From Saccostrea cucullata (Eukaryota), in the NCBI RefSeq assembly GCF_032062105.1, contig NW_026926296.1, positions 186,001 through 250,000 of the forward strand: a stretch of DNA of 64,000 nt, given 5' to 3'. Shown here in pieces: positions 63,089-64,000 of this stretch; position 1 is the stretch's first letter, and the number at the start of each line of letters is the position of its first letter. The notes beneath the pieces were generated by a model. That model worked only from the letters and a program-made list of their open reading frames with translations. It had not been told where the DNA came from and did not search any database. The translations under genes and the position numbers were made by a program.

Positions 63089-63260
63089 TAGCTGCAGATC
63101 TGTAGCGTTATGGTTTTGTATATTTGTCTTTGACCATAACGCTACAAATTCCGTTATGCCAAAAAGGTGCAATTTACGGTGCAATATTTTTCGCGCACTT
63201 TTGGGGAGAATTTCTCCACTTTCCAGCATTGGTCAATCAACTACCTTTCACTCCCTAATT
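63089..63260. mobile_element. Truncated second copy (inverted) of the 60963-61396 MITE
   Basis: Reverse complement of 61225-61396; interrupted by the following element. Confidence 0.85.
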
Positions 63261-64000
63261 ATGTTCCCCAAACGAAGTTGGGGAACATATTGTTTTTACT
63301 CTGTTTCTTATTATGTTCCCCAAACGAAGTTGGGGAACATATTGTTTTTACTCTGTTTCTTATTATGTTCCCCAAACGAAGTTTGGGAACATATTGTTTT
63401 TACTTTTTCTGAATTTTTTCTTTGTTCTCCGGTACTTTTTTGTCCGCGAGTGTTCTCGTAAACTACTCATCCGATCTAGGTGAAACCTTTTTAGGGTCAC
63501 TAGGTATGTTATGTAGATGTGCGGAACGAAGGTCATTTTGCGCGCACGTGCGTGCAGGTGCGCGCACGTGTAACACGTGAAATGACCAATATTATAGATT
63601 TAGCCGTAACTTTTTAAATATTGGATGAAATGCTTTGAAACTCATAATATAAGGATATAATAGTAGTATAGACATGATGACATGGTCAAAATAGCAAGAT
63701 CTCACGCACATGCAGGTGCCCTTCGCTGCGATTGGCTGAAACTTAAAGTCTAAATATCTATTTTGTTTTCTGACAAAATCCTTTGAAATTTTGAACATAG
63801 TCTTACATTATGAAGATCTACAGCAAGATATATAAGAATAATCATGAACGCACGCACATGCACGTGTGCTGCAATCTGATTGGCTAAAACTTTAAATGCC
63901 TACAACTTTCTTGGTTCTCAATAATACAGGGTGAAATTTCAAATATGAATAGATATAATGATTGCCTACATTATACTACTATCAAAAGTAAATACATGGA
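63261..64000 (+). mobile_element. HINE-like element whose 5' hairpin unit is triplicated (52-bp period); runs off the window
   Basis: ATGTTCCCCAA-ACGAAG-TTGGGGAACAT units at 63261/63313/63365, followed by GCGCACGTG-containing monomers. Confidence 0.6.

Overview
Eukaryotic, AT-rich (animal) genomic DNA with two assembly gaps. It is most likely from a bivalve, probably an oyster; this is inferred from the RING-less B-box/NHL TRIM gene and the Helentron/HINE-type repeats carrying 166-bp and 147-bp monomers. Two well-supported protein-coding genes lie on the minus strand: an intronless B-box/coiled-coil/NHL gene (402-2174) and a 9-coding-exon UBE2U-like E2 gene (56569-61475). Between them, on the plus strand, are (i) a candidate spliced orphan gene (exons near 5631-5809, 9279-9351 and 14193-14762) and (ii) a long run of at least 23 exon-like segments (about 23.6-42.4 kb). 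These keep strong splice sites but no reading frame, and include six copies of a duplicated exon pair carrying a repeated GGAUAC-AGG-GUAUCC stem-loop. The apparent 3' region of this unit (42.4-53 kb) holds three copies of a ~145-nt hairpin with compensatory/G.U covariation and an invariant 27-nt 5' arm (miRNA/hpRNA-like), plus a degenerate, near-full-length antisense HERO-type RLE retrotransposon. The best candidate for an undescribed system is therefore a spliced lncRNA host with a lineage-specific small-RNA hairpin cluster. Much of the remainder is nested non-autonomous DNA transposons and mini/satellites. All calls were made by eye; nothing was searched or computationally folded.
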